From Lama glama (Eukaryota), in the NCBI GenBank assembly GCA_028534125.1, contig CM052816.1, positions 27,840,001 to 27,904,000 on the forward strand: a DNA stretch of 64,000 bases, given 5' to 3'. This document shows, in pieces, positions 50,201 through 63,621 of the stretch. The position numbers and the translations under genes are program-made. The notes under the pieces were generated by a model. It searched no databases, had not been told where the DNA came from, and saw only the letters and a list, made by a program, of their open reading frames with translations. The number at the start of each line of letters is the position of its first letter. Position 1 is the first letter of the stretch.

Positions 50201-52857
50201 TTGTTACTTTCTGCTTCCTAATGCAGAAGACCTATTGAATTTCTAATATTAAAAATAAGAGGAATTATAGAGGCACATACATCTTGTATAGGATTTCATG
50301 ATGTTAGGTCCTGTCTTGTTTGACAACTACTTTAACAAAGATGCACTGTGATGTAGGTCTTTTATATAAAATAGATGCATCATTGTTGTGGTAACTACGT
50401 TGAATTATTAGGGGGTTTGACCTTTGTCTCAAAACACAAGTCTCTGATAAAGTATATGTAACAGGAAACAATACATTCAAATTAGACTTTTTTATTCATC
50501 GTGCCCTTCCAGGAATATAATTCTTTACATATATGAGGTCTTTTGGAAGAAACAGTATCATATGGGTCACAAGTGTTTAGGGAAGCCTAAAGAAAAGAAA
50601 TCACAATAAAATTAAACTTAACCTAAAATGCAGGATATGGACTATGTAGTATTCCTTTTCATACCAGTTTCCCTGTGGTGTAAAAGCATAAGCATCCTTG
50701 GCACAGAGCGTCCTAGTGTCACAGCACACAGTGGGTATCCCACAAATGTGTGATGGATATATCTGAGACTTTGATCTTTGTAGCCCTTGACACGGTCTGG
50801 TAGAGTCTGAGGAGGCTGAAATATATAGAATTCCCTCTAGCAATAATCAGCCTCAGCTTACCACATCATGCCTCACAAATATTATCTTTTCCTACGTGTG
50901 CCATGATGTGGAAAGGTCAGGACACATGACTCCAGCAGTTATGTTTCCCACTGCTTGTTTTATCGTTTATAATACTGCGCTCAGTTTATAAATTTGCGTT
51001 GCTTTTCTTACTTCAAAGGATGGCTGACTTGCTTAGGAAAGGAATTTAGCCAGTGGAAAAGAGAAGGGGCTTTTTGCAACTGTCTTTATTTCTGAACTCT
51101 ATTGTCTTAGGGAGACTTTATTGTTAAAATGAAAATTCCATGTGTATGTCTTTACTAATACATATCTACAGTTGTAGAGTTCAAAACTATTAGTGATATA
51201 AATCAATACTGCAAATACTTTGCATAAAAGTGAATCTCACCTTTTAAAATTTCCTTCAGAGAATGTGTTTCTTTTATGACAGATACTATGGCCTTTGCAA
51301 ATATTAAGTAGATGACTGTGATACCATTTAGTTTACCTGTTTCGTACACTATCTTCCCCTTTAGAAGTCTATTCATAAAACGTAGCTTGTATTTTAGGAA
51401 AAAAGAAAGCTTGAACCATGATACTTAGGAAGTGAAAGGACTTTATTATTTAGTCCATGTACATTTTTCAAATTTAATAAGAGTCATGTGGAACAGTCGT
51501 TCCATGCTACATTTCACAAGTTCTACATGTGCTCTGTTTACAGTTATGGTGTGCAGCATTTAAGGGGCTCACTTTTTTTTCCATCTTAGATTAGAATTTG
51601 TATCTCATAAGACTGAGAGGTTTTGTTTCAAGTTCTTACATCATTTTATCAATGAAGGGAAAGAGAACAAAATGGAGCAGAGGTATTGAGATGGTTATAA
51701 TTTCTATCTATAGCTTTTTGATACTGTAATTAGAAGACTTCTTGTGGATTTGCTCCATAATGTAGAATTTACCATTTATCATTTCATGTGAGTTTTGATA
51801 TCAGATGAACAACAGTAATGGAAAACCGTGAGGAGGACGAAGTGATACTTATTTAGTAGAGGGAAAAATCAGATGAGTGGGCAGTTTTACTTATTCTGGC
51901 CTTTTTGTGTGTGTGCACAATGAATATGTGTAAACAAGTACAGCAACATGCTTTTTGCTTCCGTGACTACTTTTTCAACTTTATTGAGGTATAACTGACA
52001 TGTGATAAATTATACATATTTAAATATACAATTTGTTAAATTTTGACGTAGAAATAAACTCAGGGAGCCATCACTGTTCTCAAGATAATGAACATATGTT
52101 ACTGCAAAGTTTCCTCGTGCTTCTTTGTAATCCCTCCATCCTACTGAGCTCACTCAAGACAATCACGGATCAGCTTTGTGCCATTATAGATTAGTTTGTA
52201 TTTTCCTCAATTTTATATAAATGTAAACCTACAGTATGTACCCTTTTTTGTCTGCCTTTTCACTCAACATTACTATTTTGAGAAGCATTCATGTTGCTGG
52301 GTGTTATCTTTAGTTACTTGTACTTATTAGAGTAGTGGTCTCCTTTATGGTTGTCCTGTAACTCGTTTATAATTCACTGGTTGATGGACATTTGTGTTGT
52401 TTCCAGTGTGTGACTATTACACATAAGAGTGTTATTAACATTCATGTACATGTCTTTGTAGGAACATACACTTTCATTTATTTATAGGCATATAACTAGG
52501 AGTGGAATGACTAGGTTATATGCCATATACATGTTTAACGTTAAAAAAAAAACAACAGCAACAAACTGCTAAACTGTTTCCCAAAGTGGTTGTACTGTTT
52601 TACATTCCTAGTAGTAATGTTTGTGAGTTTCATTTACTCCATGTCCTCACCATTGTATGTTGTCTTAATTGTACGGAGTCCAAAATGTGTAGAGTGGTAT
52701 GACATGGTACTTGAATTTGCATTTCACCAATAACCAATGATGTTGAACAGCTTTTCAAGTGGAATCTGTGATTAGCATATTCTAACTTTGGTAAATACAT
52801 ATTCAAATATTTTGCCTGTTTTTTGTTGGATTGTGTTATTGCAACTTGAAATTTTTT

Positions 52858-53669
52858 TTAACATTTTTTATTGATTTATAATCATTTTACAATGTTGTGT
52901 CAAATTCCAGTGTTCACAATTTTTCAGTCATTCATGGACATATACACACTCATTGTCACAATTTTTCTCTGTGAGTTATCATAACATTTTGTGTACATTT
53001 CCCTGTGCTATACAGTATAATCTTGTTTATCTATTCTATAATTTTAAAATCCCAGTCTATCCCTTCCCACCCTCCACCCCGCTGGTAACCACAAGTCTGT
53101 ATTCTCTGTCTGTNNNNNNNNNNNNNNNNNNNNNNNNNNNNNNNNNNNNNNNNNNNNNNNNNNNNNNNNNNNNNNNNNNNNNNNNNNNNNNNNNNNNNNN
53201 NNNNNNNNNNNNNNNNNNNNNNNNNNNNNNNNNNNNNNNNNNNNNNNNNNNNNNNNNNNNNNNNNNNNNNNNNNNNNNNNNNNNNNNNNNNNNNNNNNNN
53301 NNNNNNNNNNNNNNNNNNNNNNNNNNNNNNNNNNNNNNNNNNNNNNNNNNNNNNNNNNNNNNNNNNNNNNNNNNNNNNNNNNNNNNNNNNNNNNNNNNNN
53401 NNNNNNNNNNNNNNNNNNNNNNNNNNNNNNNNNNNNNNNNNNNNNNNNNNNNNNNNNNNNNNNNNNNNNNNNNNNNNNNNNNNNNNNNNNNNNNNNNNNN
53501 NNNNNNNNNNNNNNNNNNNNNNNNNNNNNNNNNNNNNNNNNNNNNNNNNNNNNNNNNNNNNNNNNNNNNNNNNNNNNNNNNNNNNNNNNNNNNNNNNNNN
53601 NNNNNNNNNNNNNATTATGATTTGTTCTAGTTCTGTGAAATATGTCCTGGGTAATTGGATAGGGATTGC
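52858..53669 (-). mobile_element. Young camelid-type L1 insertion spanning the assembly gap
   Basis: The 3'UTR left of the gap resembles 43340-43620; right of the gap the minus strand encodes AIPIQLPRTYFTELEQII (ORF2p-like); flanked by an exact ~118-bp duplication. Confidence 0.9.
53114..53613. other. Assembly gap (500 N)
   Basis: Run of N. Confidence 1.
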
Positions 53670-55914
53670 ATGTTGAACAGCTTTTCAAGTGGAATCTGTG
53701 ATTAGCATATTCTAACTTTGGTAAATACATATTCAAATATTTTGCCTGTTTTTTGTTGGATTGTGTTATTGCAACTTGAAATTTTTTAATGTATATTCTG
53801 GATATAAGAACTTTATCAGATATGTGTTCTTCCCAAAGAAGACGTTGTTTTCTTAACAGTCTTTCAGAGAGTAGATATTGTTAAAGTTGATAAAGTACTA
53901 TAGTTTTTAAAACAAATTATACTTTTGCTGTCATATTTTTACCTAATCAAAAGTCTCAAAGATTTTTATCTGTGTTTTAAGAAATTTTATAATTTTCCCA
54001 GTTTTTATATTAAAGTCTATGATTAATTTTGAGTTAATTATATTCTATGTTGGCATATAATATTGGGGTTCTTTTTTTCATATGGATATTGAATTGTTTC
54101 TGTAACAGTTTTAAAAGACATTTTTTCCCCATTAAATTGCCTTTATACCTTTTTTCAAAACCAGCTGACCATAGGTGTGTTAGTTTATTTTTGGACTTGA
54201 TTCTCTGTTCCACTCTCTCCCTTGATGCCAGTACTATGCTGTATTATTGCTTTAAAACAATTCTTAAATTCAGGTAGTGTAAATTCAGCAACTTTATTCA
54301 CCTTTACCAGCATTGTTTTTGAAGCTTCTGGATCTTTTACTTTATTTTGTTTTAATACAATCTGAAATCAGTTTGTCAATTTCTAAGAAGTCTGCTTGAA
54401 TTTTGATTGAGATTGCTTTGACTCTATAGAATAGCTTAAGAACTGACATCTTAGTACTACTGAGTTGTCTGATCCAGAAGCAAGGTATTCCTTCCAATTT
54501 CTTTGTTCATCTTCAGCTTTTCTCAGCAATACTTTGTAGTTTGCAATGTACAAGTGTCTCCCATCTTTCGTCAACTTTATCTTAAGCTCCCAGGTGAGCA
54601 TACATAATAACACTACCATCCTTATAAAATAAGCTAATTAAAACAATTTAAAATAAAGTCTAGCTACATGTGCACATGCACACACCCAACAAGTAAAACT
54701 TTCCCTGATGTTCCTCTAAATATAATTTAATCTTTCTTTTTAACATGTGAAAAGCTTTGTTCTATCCCTGGTACATTTTGAGGGACAAATCCTTTAAAAT
54801 CCTTTCCAAGCATATTTTAACAGGCTTTGATTTATTTTATAAAAGAGCCATATTTAGTTGCCCATTTCCAAGGGAAACATGTTCTTTTGTATCTTTGATA
54901 GTTCCATATTTTTCTTGAGTTATTTCCCCCATATCTTGGAATAAAGATTTTTTAAAAATCATAGTCTGTAACATGCTAACTTTTATCAAAATCTCATAAT
55001 AATTTTAATAGTTTTGTCTCCAAAAATATCTTTGGTATACAACTTTTAAGTCCTCATATTCCTTTACTTTTTAGAAGGTTTTATGACTTTCTATGTTTTT
55101 GGTGATCTACATTTTTTAATATATAATTAATCAAATTTACATTTAAAATGATGAAACACTACATCTTCTTTAGAATAGTTTACTGCCTATGCTCTGAAGT
55201 ACACTTTGCAATTTTAATGGAATTTGCTTCACTTCATATAATTTAACTTTACAAAATCCATTTAAATAGAAAACAAATGTGAAGATAAATTTCTAAAGTG
55301 ATTTATCCCATGAAAAATTGTGGCAGGGTAAGGTATACAAATTGTGGCACATTTCTTTTATAGAGAGAATTAATCTGTTTTTAGTCTGTATCTTGATGAA
55401 TATTTCTGATTTTCATATTGACTCACAACTAAAGCAAATCATGTATATTTGCCATTTACATAGCTCATGTCATCCTGTGTCATGTCTGATGTCCTATTAT
55501 TAATGGAATTGTTAACTTTTTTCACTGTAGATTTTAACATGCAAACCTCATTTTGATGTTTTGTAGTATATTATGACGTAAAACTTCTATTTGCTGTGGC
55601 CAGAAGCCATGTTCTACATAAGGAACAGAATATAAAAGCGTATGACTAGTTAATAATTTACTTAGCAGCAATATTGACAATGTAAAATATGTATTAACAT
55701 TATAGAAATGTATAACAGTTAAATACTGGGATAAAGAATTTAGATACCTTAGAGGTTTTCAGGAGGGGTAGATCAGGGAAAAAGAAGCCATGGTGGTTTT
55801 AGATGTACTTAGAAAATATTCAAGTAAATATGATGTTACATTCATAAAAAAGTTACAGCACCTTTCCCACTCAGTTATGATTTCATTTAAAATAAAAATT
55901 TTAAATAAATCTAG

Positions 55915-56395
55915 CAAACAATCTAGCAGTTCCAATTCTGGGTGTGTGTGTGTGTGTGTGTGTGTGGTGTGTACAAAGGAATGTTATTCAGCCACAGAGA
56001 AGGAGGATGCCTGCCATTTGTGACATGGATGGGCCTTGAGCTCGCAATGTAAAAAGATAAGTAGTGTAAGATGTCACTTAAATATGGAATCTAAAAAAAG
56101 CCAGACTTATAAAAAGCGAAGTAAAATAGTGGTAACCAGGGGATAGGGGGTGGGGCAATAAGATTGATGTCGTTTAAGAGTGCAAACCTGGAACAAGTGG
56201 CAAGTAATCCATAGAAATCGAATGCATGGTGTAGAGACTATAAACAACAATATTGTGCTGTAATTATATAATGTTTAAACAGTGCTTAATATCATTACAA
56301 TGGCAATCATAATATAGAACTGTTTCAAATTAACACATTTTGTAAATTTTAAGGTGTACAATGTTATGTCAAACATATTCAATATATAATTTAAA
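55915..56395 (+). mobile_element. L1 3' end with an embedded (GT)n microsatellite
   Basis: ATCTAGCAGTTCCAATTCTGGGT(GT)n..GCCATTTGTGACATGGATG..ATGTTATGTCAAACATATTCAAT. Confidence 0.8.
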
Positions 56396-57579
56396 AACAT
56401 TAAACACACATAAAATCTAGAGTACTTATTAATTAATGAAATTGATAAGCTAATTATAAAGCAAAAGAATAATGAGGTACAAAGAAAACTGGATCCAATA
56501 GGCAGATGTTTATAGGCACATTTAAAACTCTTAATCAGCTCATGAAGTTCTGAGGATTCTACATAAGGAATCTGTATTTTTCATCTATAGTAGTAGGAAA
56601 ATTTGAAGCCTCATTTTAATGTTTTTAATTCTTTAACGATGTCTGTTAATAATGTGAAAGATGGATAAAAATAGGCAGGAAGGGAAGGGAAAATATCACA
56701 GATACCATTCCCCAGGCTAATAGAGTGGCTTCTACTGATAGTAGAGTCAAAGTCTCTGGAAAAACAATTTTTGATTGAAAAGTTGTTGCTTCCCCCTACA
56801 AAAGATCCATTCCTGTGACAAAAACCTTTCAGAAAACAAGAGGATGATTGTTTCTTTCATAAATGCCCAGGTAGTATAACAAATAGAAAAGACATTTGCC
56901 CAAACAGTGAAGTGTCAGCACCTGAGAGCATTTAGCAGAGGTCCATGGTACAGTGTAATCTGAATGAAGTATATGGTAGTATCATTCAAATTGTCTCTTT
57001 GTTCCAGGTATTAGCCAGACAAACTTCTCCTACTTTGATAAGCTATTGGAACAAAGTCAAAGGCCTTTTGATTCCAGTTGTCTTTAGTTGATGTCATGTT
57101 GAAGAAGGATATTATTTGAGAAATTGGCACATTCTGTGGTATTTCTATTTTTAGGCACATCACTAATAAAAAAAATCTATTAAGTTAATCCTGTTTTTGC
57201 TTATAATTTAGCTATATTTTCCACTTTCTGTATCTATTTGCTCTTATGGTTCCCTTTACCTTAAAAAAGTACCTCAATGATGAGTTGTTTATAGAAAAAT
57301 CTCATACATTAAATAGCCTAAGTCCATTCCATAATGTGAGCAGTGTCAGATAATTGCCTCTGTGTAACACAAAAATGTGAGTAACATTGCTTCTGATGGT
57401 TTATTATATCTTGTTATACAGAGATTTACTTTAACTATCATATGATAGACTGGTAAATGTTGTAGGATACTAGTGAAGTAAGTTTGGATATATTAATTTA
57501 CTGTTTTTTTTTTGAAACTTACATAAATTTTTCTTTTGATCTCATAATTGACCGTGTTTATTTTTGTCTCTCACTGTCT

Positions 57580-60530
57580 TTTAATTTTTAAATTGAGTTA
57601 TTATTAACATACAGTATTATATTAGCTTCAGATGTGCAACATAATGATTTGATATTTTTATGTTATGAAATGATCACCACAGTAAGTCCAGTTATGTTGT
57701 CACCATGCTAAGTTGTTACAACATTGTTGACGATATTCCCTATGTATATATTCAATCCCTGTGACTTACAGCTAAAAGTTTGTACCTCCTAATCCCCTTC
57801 ACTTATTCCTCCATTTCATTGATCTATGTGTATATGCTTTGTGCCAGTAACATACCTTTTGATTACTATAGCTTTGTAGTACAGTTTCAAGTCTGGGAGA
57901 ACAATAAATCCAACTTTGTTGTTCTTTCTCTTGTCTGCTTTGTCTATTCATAGTTTTTCATGGTTCCATACAAATTTTAGGAATGTCTGTTCTAGTTCCG
58001 TTAAAAAAAAATACTGTTTGTATTTTGATAGAGATTACATTGAATACATAGATCACTTTGGGTAGTACGGAAATACTAACATTGGTTCTCCCAATACTGA
58101 TTTTCCCAACTGATGAGCACAGCATATCTTTCCATTTATTTTTGTCATCTTCAGTTTATTTCCTCAATATCTTACAGTTTTCAGAGTATAAATGTGTTTT
58201 TTTTACCTCCTTAGTTAAATTTATTCCTATTTTCTTTGATGCAACTGTAAATGGAATTGTTTTCTTAATTTCTTTTTCTGATAGTTTGTTATTAGTGTTA
58301 CAGAAATGCAAAAGGTTTTGGTATCTTAATTTTGTAACCAACAACTTCACTGAATTCATTTATTAGTTCTAATAGTTTTATAATGGATTCTTGGGGTTTT
58401 CTATATATAATATCAAGTCATCTGCAAATAGTGGCAGTTTAGTTTCTTCCTTTCCAAACTGGATTATTTATTTCTTTCCTTGCCTAACTGCTATAGTTAC
58501 AAGTGGTGAGAATGGGCATTCTTGTTTTGTTCCTGACCTTACAGGAAAATCTTTCTGCTTTTTAGCATGGTATTATCTATGGGTTTGTCATATATGGCTT
58601 TTATTATGTTGAGGTTTATTCCCACTATACCCACTTTGTGGAGAGTTTTTATCGTGAATAGATGTTGAATTTTGTCAAAACTTTTTTTGCATCAATTGAG
58701 ATGATCATTTGATTTTTATCCTTCATTTTATTGATGTAGTATTTCACAATGATTGATTTGCAGACGTTAAATCACCCTTATATTCCTAAAATGAATCCCA
58801 CTTGATCATGTGTTGTTAAATTTGGTTTGCTAATTTTTTGAGGATTTTTGCATATATGTTCACCAGTGATAGCAGCCTAATTTCTCTTGTCTTGTGTAGT
58901 CTTTGTTTATCTTGAACATCATGATAATGGTAGCCACATAGACTGACTTTGGCAGTGTTGCTTCAATTTTTCGAATAATTTGAGAAGGATAGGTATTAAC
59001 TCCTCTTTAAATGTTTGGTAAAATTTACCTGTGAACCCATGTGGACCTGACCTGTGTTTTTTTAGAATTTTTGGCTTACTGATTCAATTTAATTACTACA
59101 ATTGATCTATTCAGATTTTCTATTTCTTCATGATTCAGTCTTGGAAGATAATGTTTCTAGGAGATCTTTTTAGGTTGTCTAATTTGTTGGCATATATTTG
59201 TTCATAGTATTCTCTTATAAGCCTTCATATTTCTGTAGTATTAGTTTTAATTGCTCCTCTTTAACTTCTAGTTTTATTTATGTGGGTTCTCTTTCTCTTT
59301 TTTCTTGATTAGTCTAGATGATGGCTTGTCGATTTGTTTCTTTTCAAAGAACCAGCTCTTACTTTTATTGTTCTTTTGTCTTACTTTTCCTAATCTGTAT
59401 TTCATTTATTTATGCTCTAATCTTTATTATTTTCTTCCTTCTAATAATTTGGGCTTTGATTGCTATTCTTTTTCTAGTTCAGTTAAATATACATTCAGAT
59501 TTTTTGAAATTTTTCTTGTTTCCTGAGGTAGGCCTGTATTGCTAAAATCTTCCTTAGAACTGATTTTGCTGTCTCCCATATACTTTGCAAAGTTGTGTTT
59601 TCATTGTCATTTGTCTCCAGATTTTTAAAATTGCCTTTTTGATTTCTTCGTTGACCCACTGATTGTTTAATAGCATGTCATGTAGTCCTCATGTGTTTGT
59701 GTTTTTTCCACTTCTTGTAGTTGATTTCTACTTTCACACTGTTGTGGTCAGAAGAGATTCTTGATATAATTTTAATCTTAAATTTATTGAGACTTGTTTT
59801 GTGGCTTCACATGTGATCTATCTGAAGAATGTTGTTTGTGCACTTGAAAAGTGCATATTCTGCTGCTTTTGGATGGAATGTAGTGTATATATTAAGTCCA
59901 TCTGTTAATATGTCATTTAAGGATGGTGTTTCCTTATTGATTTTCTGCCTGGATGTTTTATCCATTGATGTAAGTTGGGTACCTAAGTCTCTGACTATTA
60001 CTGTACTGCTGTTAATTTCTCCATTTATTTTTGTTATATTGGTTTATATATTTAGGTGATCCTGCACTGGGTGCATAAATGTTTAACAAATGTTAAATTC
60101 TCATGTTGGATCGACCTGTTTATCTTTATGTAATGCCCTTTCTTTTGTTATAGTCTTTATTTTAAAGTCTATTTCATCTGATATTTGTATTGCCACCTCA
60201 GCTTTTTACTTTCTCACTTGCGTGAAATGTATTTTTCCATCTCTTCATTTTCAGTCTGTGTGTCTTTAGAACTAAGGTGAGTCTTGTGAGCAGCATATAT
60301 ATGGATCTTGTTTTTTAATCTATCCAACTACCCTATGGCTTTTGATTGGAGCATTTAATTCATTTAAATTTTAAGTAATTATTAATATGTATGCACTTAC
60401 TGCCACTTTGTTCATTGTTTTCTGGTCATTTTGTAGTTATTTTCTGTCTTTTGGTTTCTTCCCTTTTGGTTTGATAAATTCCTTTAGTGCTATGTGTAGA
60501 TTCCTTAATCTTTATTTTTTGTGTATCCTC
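57580..60530 (-). mobile_element. ~3-kb L1 (L1MA9/laurasiatherian type), antisense: ORF2 plus 3'UTR with an internal deletion near 57815
   Basis: ORF 58156-58359 gives NNKLSEKEIKKTIPFTVASKK.GINLTKEVK (ORF2p); continuous ORF2-like text to ~60400. Confidence 0.92.
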
Positions 60531-60989
60531 TTCATATTTTTCAATTTGTTCATTCCATTGCATACAGATGGACTCATAATTTGCTTTGCACTACATTGCA
60601 AAATGAATTCTATTCACACTGTAATTTTATCTTGTGACAGAATAGTGAATCTTGATTAGATAATAGTGAAAGATGATTTTAAATGTTTATTTTAGTCAAC
60701 AACAAAAGATATGCCAAAGATCTGATATAAAAAGAGTCTAAATTACTACATTAGAAGAATTTAACTTGTACAATGCTATATAAGCTATTTTTCATTTAAC
60801 ATACATATTCTTACTCTTTTTAAAACTTTATTTTTTTTTAAGTCTTGGAAAAATTACTTTTCTCCATATACCAACTTTTCCAATATTTAACCCAGTGAAA
60901 ATAAATAAGATGTATATATAGTATAAATTAATTGCTATAGAAAGACTGAGAAATATTTTTGAACATTATCATTTGGTTCCCATCACATT

Positions 60990-61800
60990 AATAATAGTTT
61001 CAGATAATAAACACCAATGGTTCGAAACTTAGTGGGTAAAATTTTATAGAAACAAGATACTTTCAACATCCCAAAGTATTTTTTTATAAGATACTAAATA
61101 CAAAGTTAAAATTTAACTTTCAGTGAAATAAACCTGATGAATACTTCTGAAACCAAGCGATCCAAGTTAACATCACTGATAGGGAAACAAATAGGCATTA
61201 TTTGCCTCCTAATATGATGCACTTAAAAGAATACATCATTTCTGTAGTATTCTTTACAAAACATATGTGACATTGATATATTCATAAGGAAACATCATAT
61301 AAGCCCAACTTGAAGGACAGTCAATAGAATAAATGGCCCATATTCTTCAAAAATGTTAAGATTATAAATGGTAAGAAAAACTAAAAGTATCCAGATTATA
61401 GGAGATAAAAGAGACATGAAAACTGATGTCAATGAATAGTCTTGAATCAGACCAGGTAAAAAAACTATTCTCTCTCTAAAGGTCAGTAGTGCTACAATTG
61501 TGAAAACAAAACTGTGTTAATTTTATGCCTATCTTTTGGATATACACAACTGAAACATTTAGGGGTAAAGGGCATCATAACTAGAATTTACTCTGAATTG
61601 GGAGTGGGTAGGAGAGAGAGAGAGAGACAGCATGAGCTGAGAGAATGAGAGCATGGGAGAAAGTGGTGGGGGTCAGGGAGGGGAATAAAAACATAAATGT
61701 TAACATTTGAACTTCTGAGTGGTAAATAAAGACTGCTGGCACAATTTTTTATAACTTCTATGTAAGTCTGAAGTTATTTTGAAATAAAAGTTTTAAAAAA
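60990..61800 (+). mobile_element. L1MC-type 3'UTR
   Basis: CCAAGCGATCCAAGTTAACATCAC..CTTCAAAAATGTTAAG..TGTAAGTCTGAAGTTATTTTGAAATAAAAGTT. Confidence 0.8.
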
Positions 61801-62026
61801 TACGAGTACATTAAATAATTCATAAAAATCGGTAAAAGAGTTTTTAAACTAAGTGGATTGTCTAAATTTCAAATCAGTTGACATTACTGGATACTAGTTA
61901 TTGGATTTTGAAATAAAATTTTTAAAAAGTAAGAGTGACTACATTAAATAAATAATTCATAAAAATCAGAGTTTTTAAACTAAGTGGATTAATTGTCTAA
62001 ATTTCCAATCAATTGATATTGGATAC
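61776..62026. repeat. Diverged ~125-bp tandem duplication
   Basis: Two copies of ATTTTGAAATAAAA..TACATTAAATAA..TTCATAAAAATC..GAGTTTTTAAACTAAGTGGATT..GTCTAAATTTC..GGATAC. Confidence 0.9.
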
Positions 62027-62799
62027 AAATGAACACATATACAGTTTTAGATGCTAAATTAGGAAACTAGCAGAGGTGGGCTTTTTTGGTAAATAATAAA
62101 AACCACATAGCAAATGTATGTTTATAAAAACTACATTCACTCTTAATTTCTATTATTTGATTATTGTCACAAAGTACATAAAATTGCCACTGAGTTATCT
62201 GAAAACAATGTCTTCTGGATTGGTTCCTGGATTCAGGCTTAACAGCAGCATGTCTCTTTTCTTAACTTCTCCCCTACTAACTAGCATTTGTGCCTAGTGC
62301 CACTAAAAAGAGTATTATCCATCAGGAATCTAATCATAAATATTTAATTGGGACAGTTCGGGGAATGTGCATATCATTTCCCAATATTCAATTTTTATAA
62401 CATTTATAATTCTTATAGTTGCAGTTAAATGGCCCATTCCCTAACCTTGTGTTAGCATTTGCCACTCTTTGTGAGTTAGTCAAAACAAAATAAAAAATTC
62501 TGCCATATGCTACTTAAAAAAGGAAAAATATATTTAACTAAAAGTTATTATAAAAGAATAACTATATACATCTAGTAAGGATAAAGGCTAGACTGAAGTG
62601 GCCTACAGATTGTGACAGTCTTACCACCTTCTAACTTTTCTTCTCTAATAATACATATTTTTTCTTATCTGAATGGCAAAATATTTTTTTCTCCTTTATC
62701 TTTAAGTTTTTGTAACTTCAGCGAGATATTTCAAAATGTATGTGTCAACATTATGCGTTTTTCCTCTGGGATGTGATATTTTTTAGTTTCAAAGTTAGT

Positions 62800-63320
62800 C
62801 ATCTATGATTTACCATTTTGAAATTTTGATAAATATTTATAGTAACACAACCATTACAGTACCATCATATATAAATATAGAATACTTCCATCATCTTAGA
62901 AAATTTACCCTGCAAGGGGCTATTAATATTATTCTTAGTATTCTTCTAAGGTTCAGAGCTATGTAGTAATGTCTCTTTATTCTTTATGCCAGTACTCTGT
63001 TTTTGTTATTGTACCTTTGTAGTATTTTCAAATCAGTGTGATAATTCCAGCTTTATTCTTTTCCCTTAGGATTTCTTTGCCTATTCAAGGTCTTTAATGG
63101 TTCCATACAAATTTTAGGATTTTTTTTCTATTTTTGTGAAGAATGCCATTGATATTTTAATGGAGATTGTGTTGAATCTATAGATGACTATAAGTATTAT
63201 CGACATTTTAACAATGTTAATTCTTCTGATCATGAACATAGCATGTATTTCCATGTGTTTGTGTCTTCAGTTTCATTAAGCAAAGTCTTACAAGTTTCAT
63301 TGTACATATCTTCCTTTTTT
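62800..63320 (-). mobile_element. L1 fragments (3'UTR piece and ORF2 piece), antisense
   Basis: TATGCCAGTAC..TTCCATACAAATTTTAGGAT..GACATTTTAACAATGTTAATTCTTC. Confidence 0.8.
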
Positions 63321-63621
63321 CCTCCAGAATTTTATTTTAATACGTATTGTAGTTTATATATATATAGCATAATGAAGTGAATTACTGAAGAAAACTTGTT
63401 AATAGTTGCTTTAGAGACTGAGCTTTGTAAATTACAGTATCTATATTGCAACTTCAAGGTAAATATAAATTTGCTTGGCATCATCTTTCATTTCACTTTT
63501 CTTTTCATTTTTAAAATTCAGTAGTTTCTTTTCATTTTTCAATTTTATTAGGTAGAGTTGTTAGAATTTGGCATCACATATACGATATCTTGCATGTAAA
63601 CAGATATACACATATTTTTCT

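Larger units (their letters stand above)
51970..54590 (-). mobile_element. Old L1 (L1MC/MD-like) 3' part, antisense; host of the young L1 insertion
   Basis: TTTATTGAGGTATAACTGACA..AAACTGTTTCCCAAAGTGGTTGTAC..TTTTGATTGAGATTGCTTTG. Confidence 0.85.

Noticed and set aside
52953..53736. The two longest ORFs (225 and 230 aa)
   Set aside because: They are artefacts of translating through the N gap.
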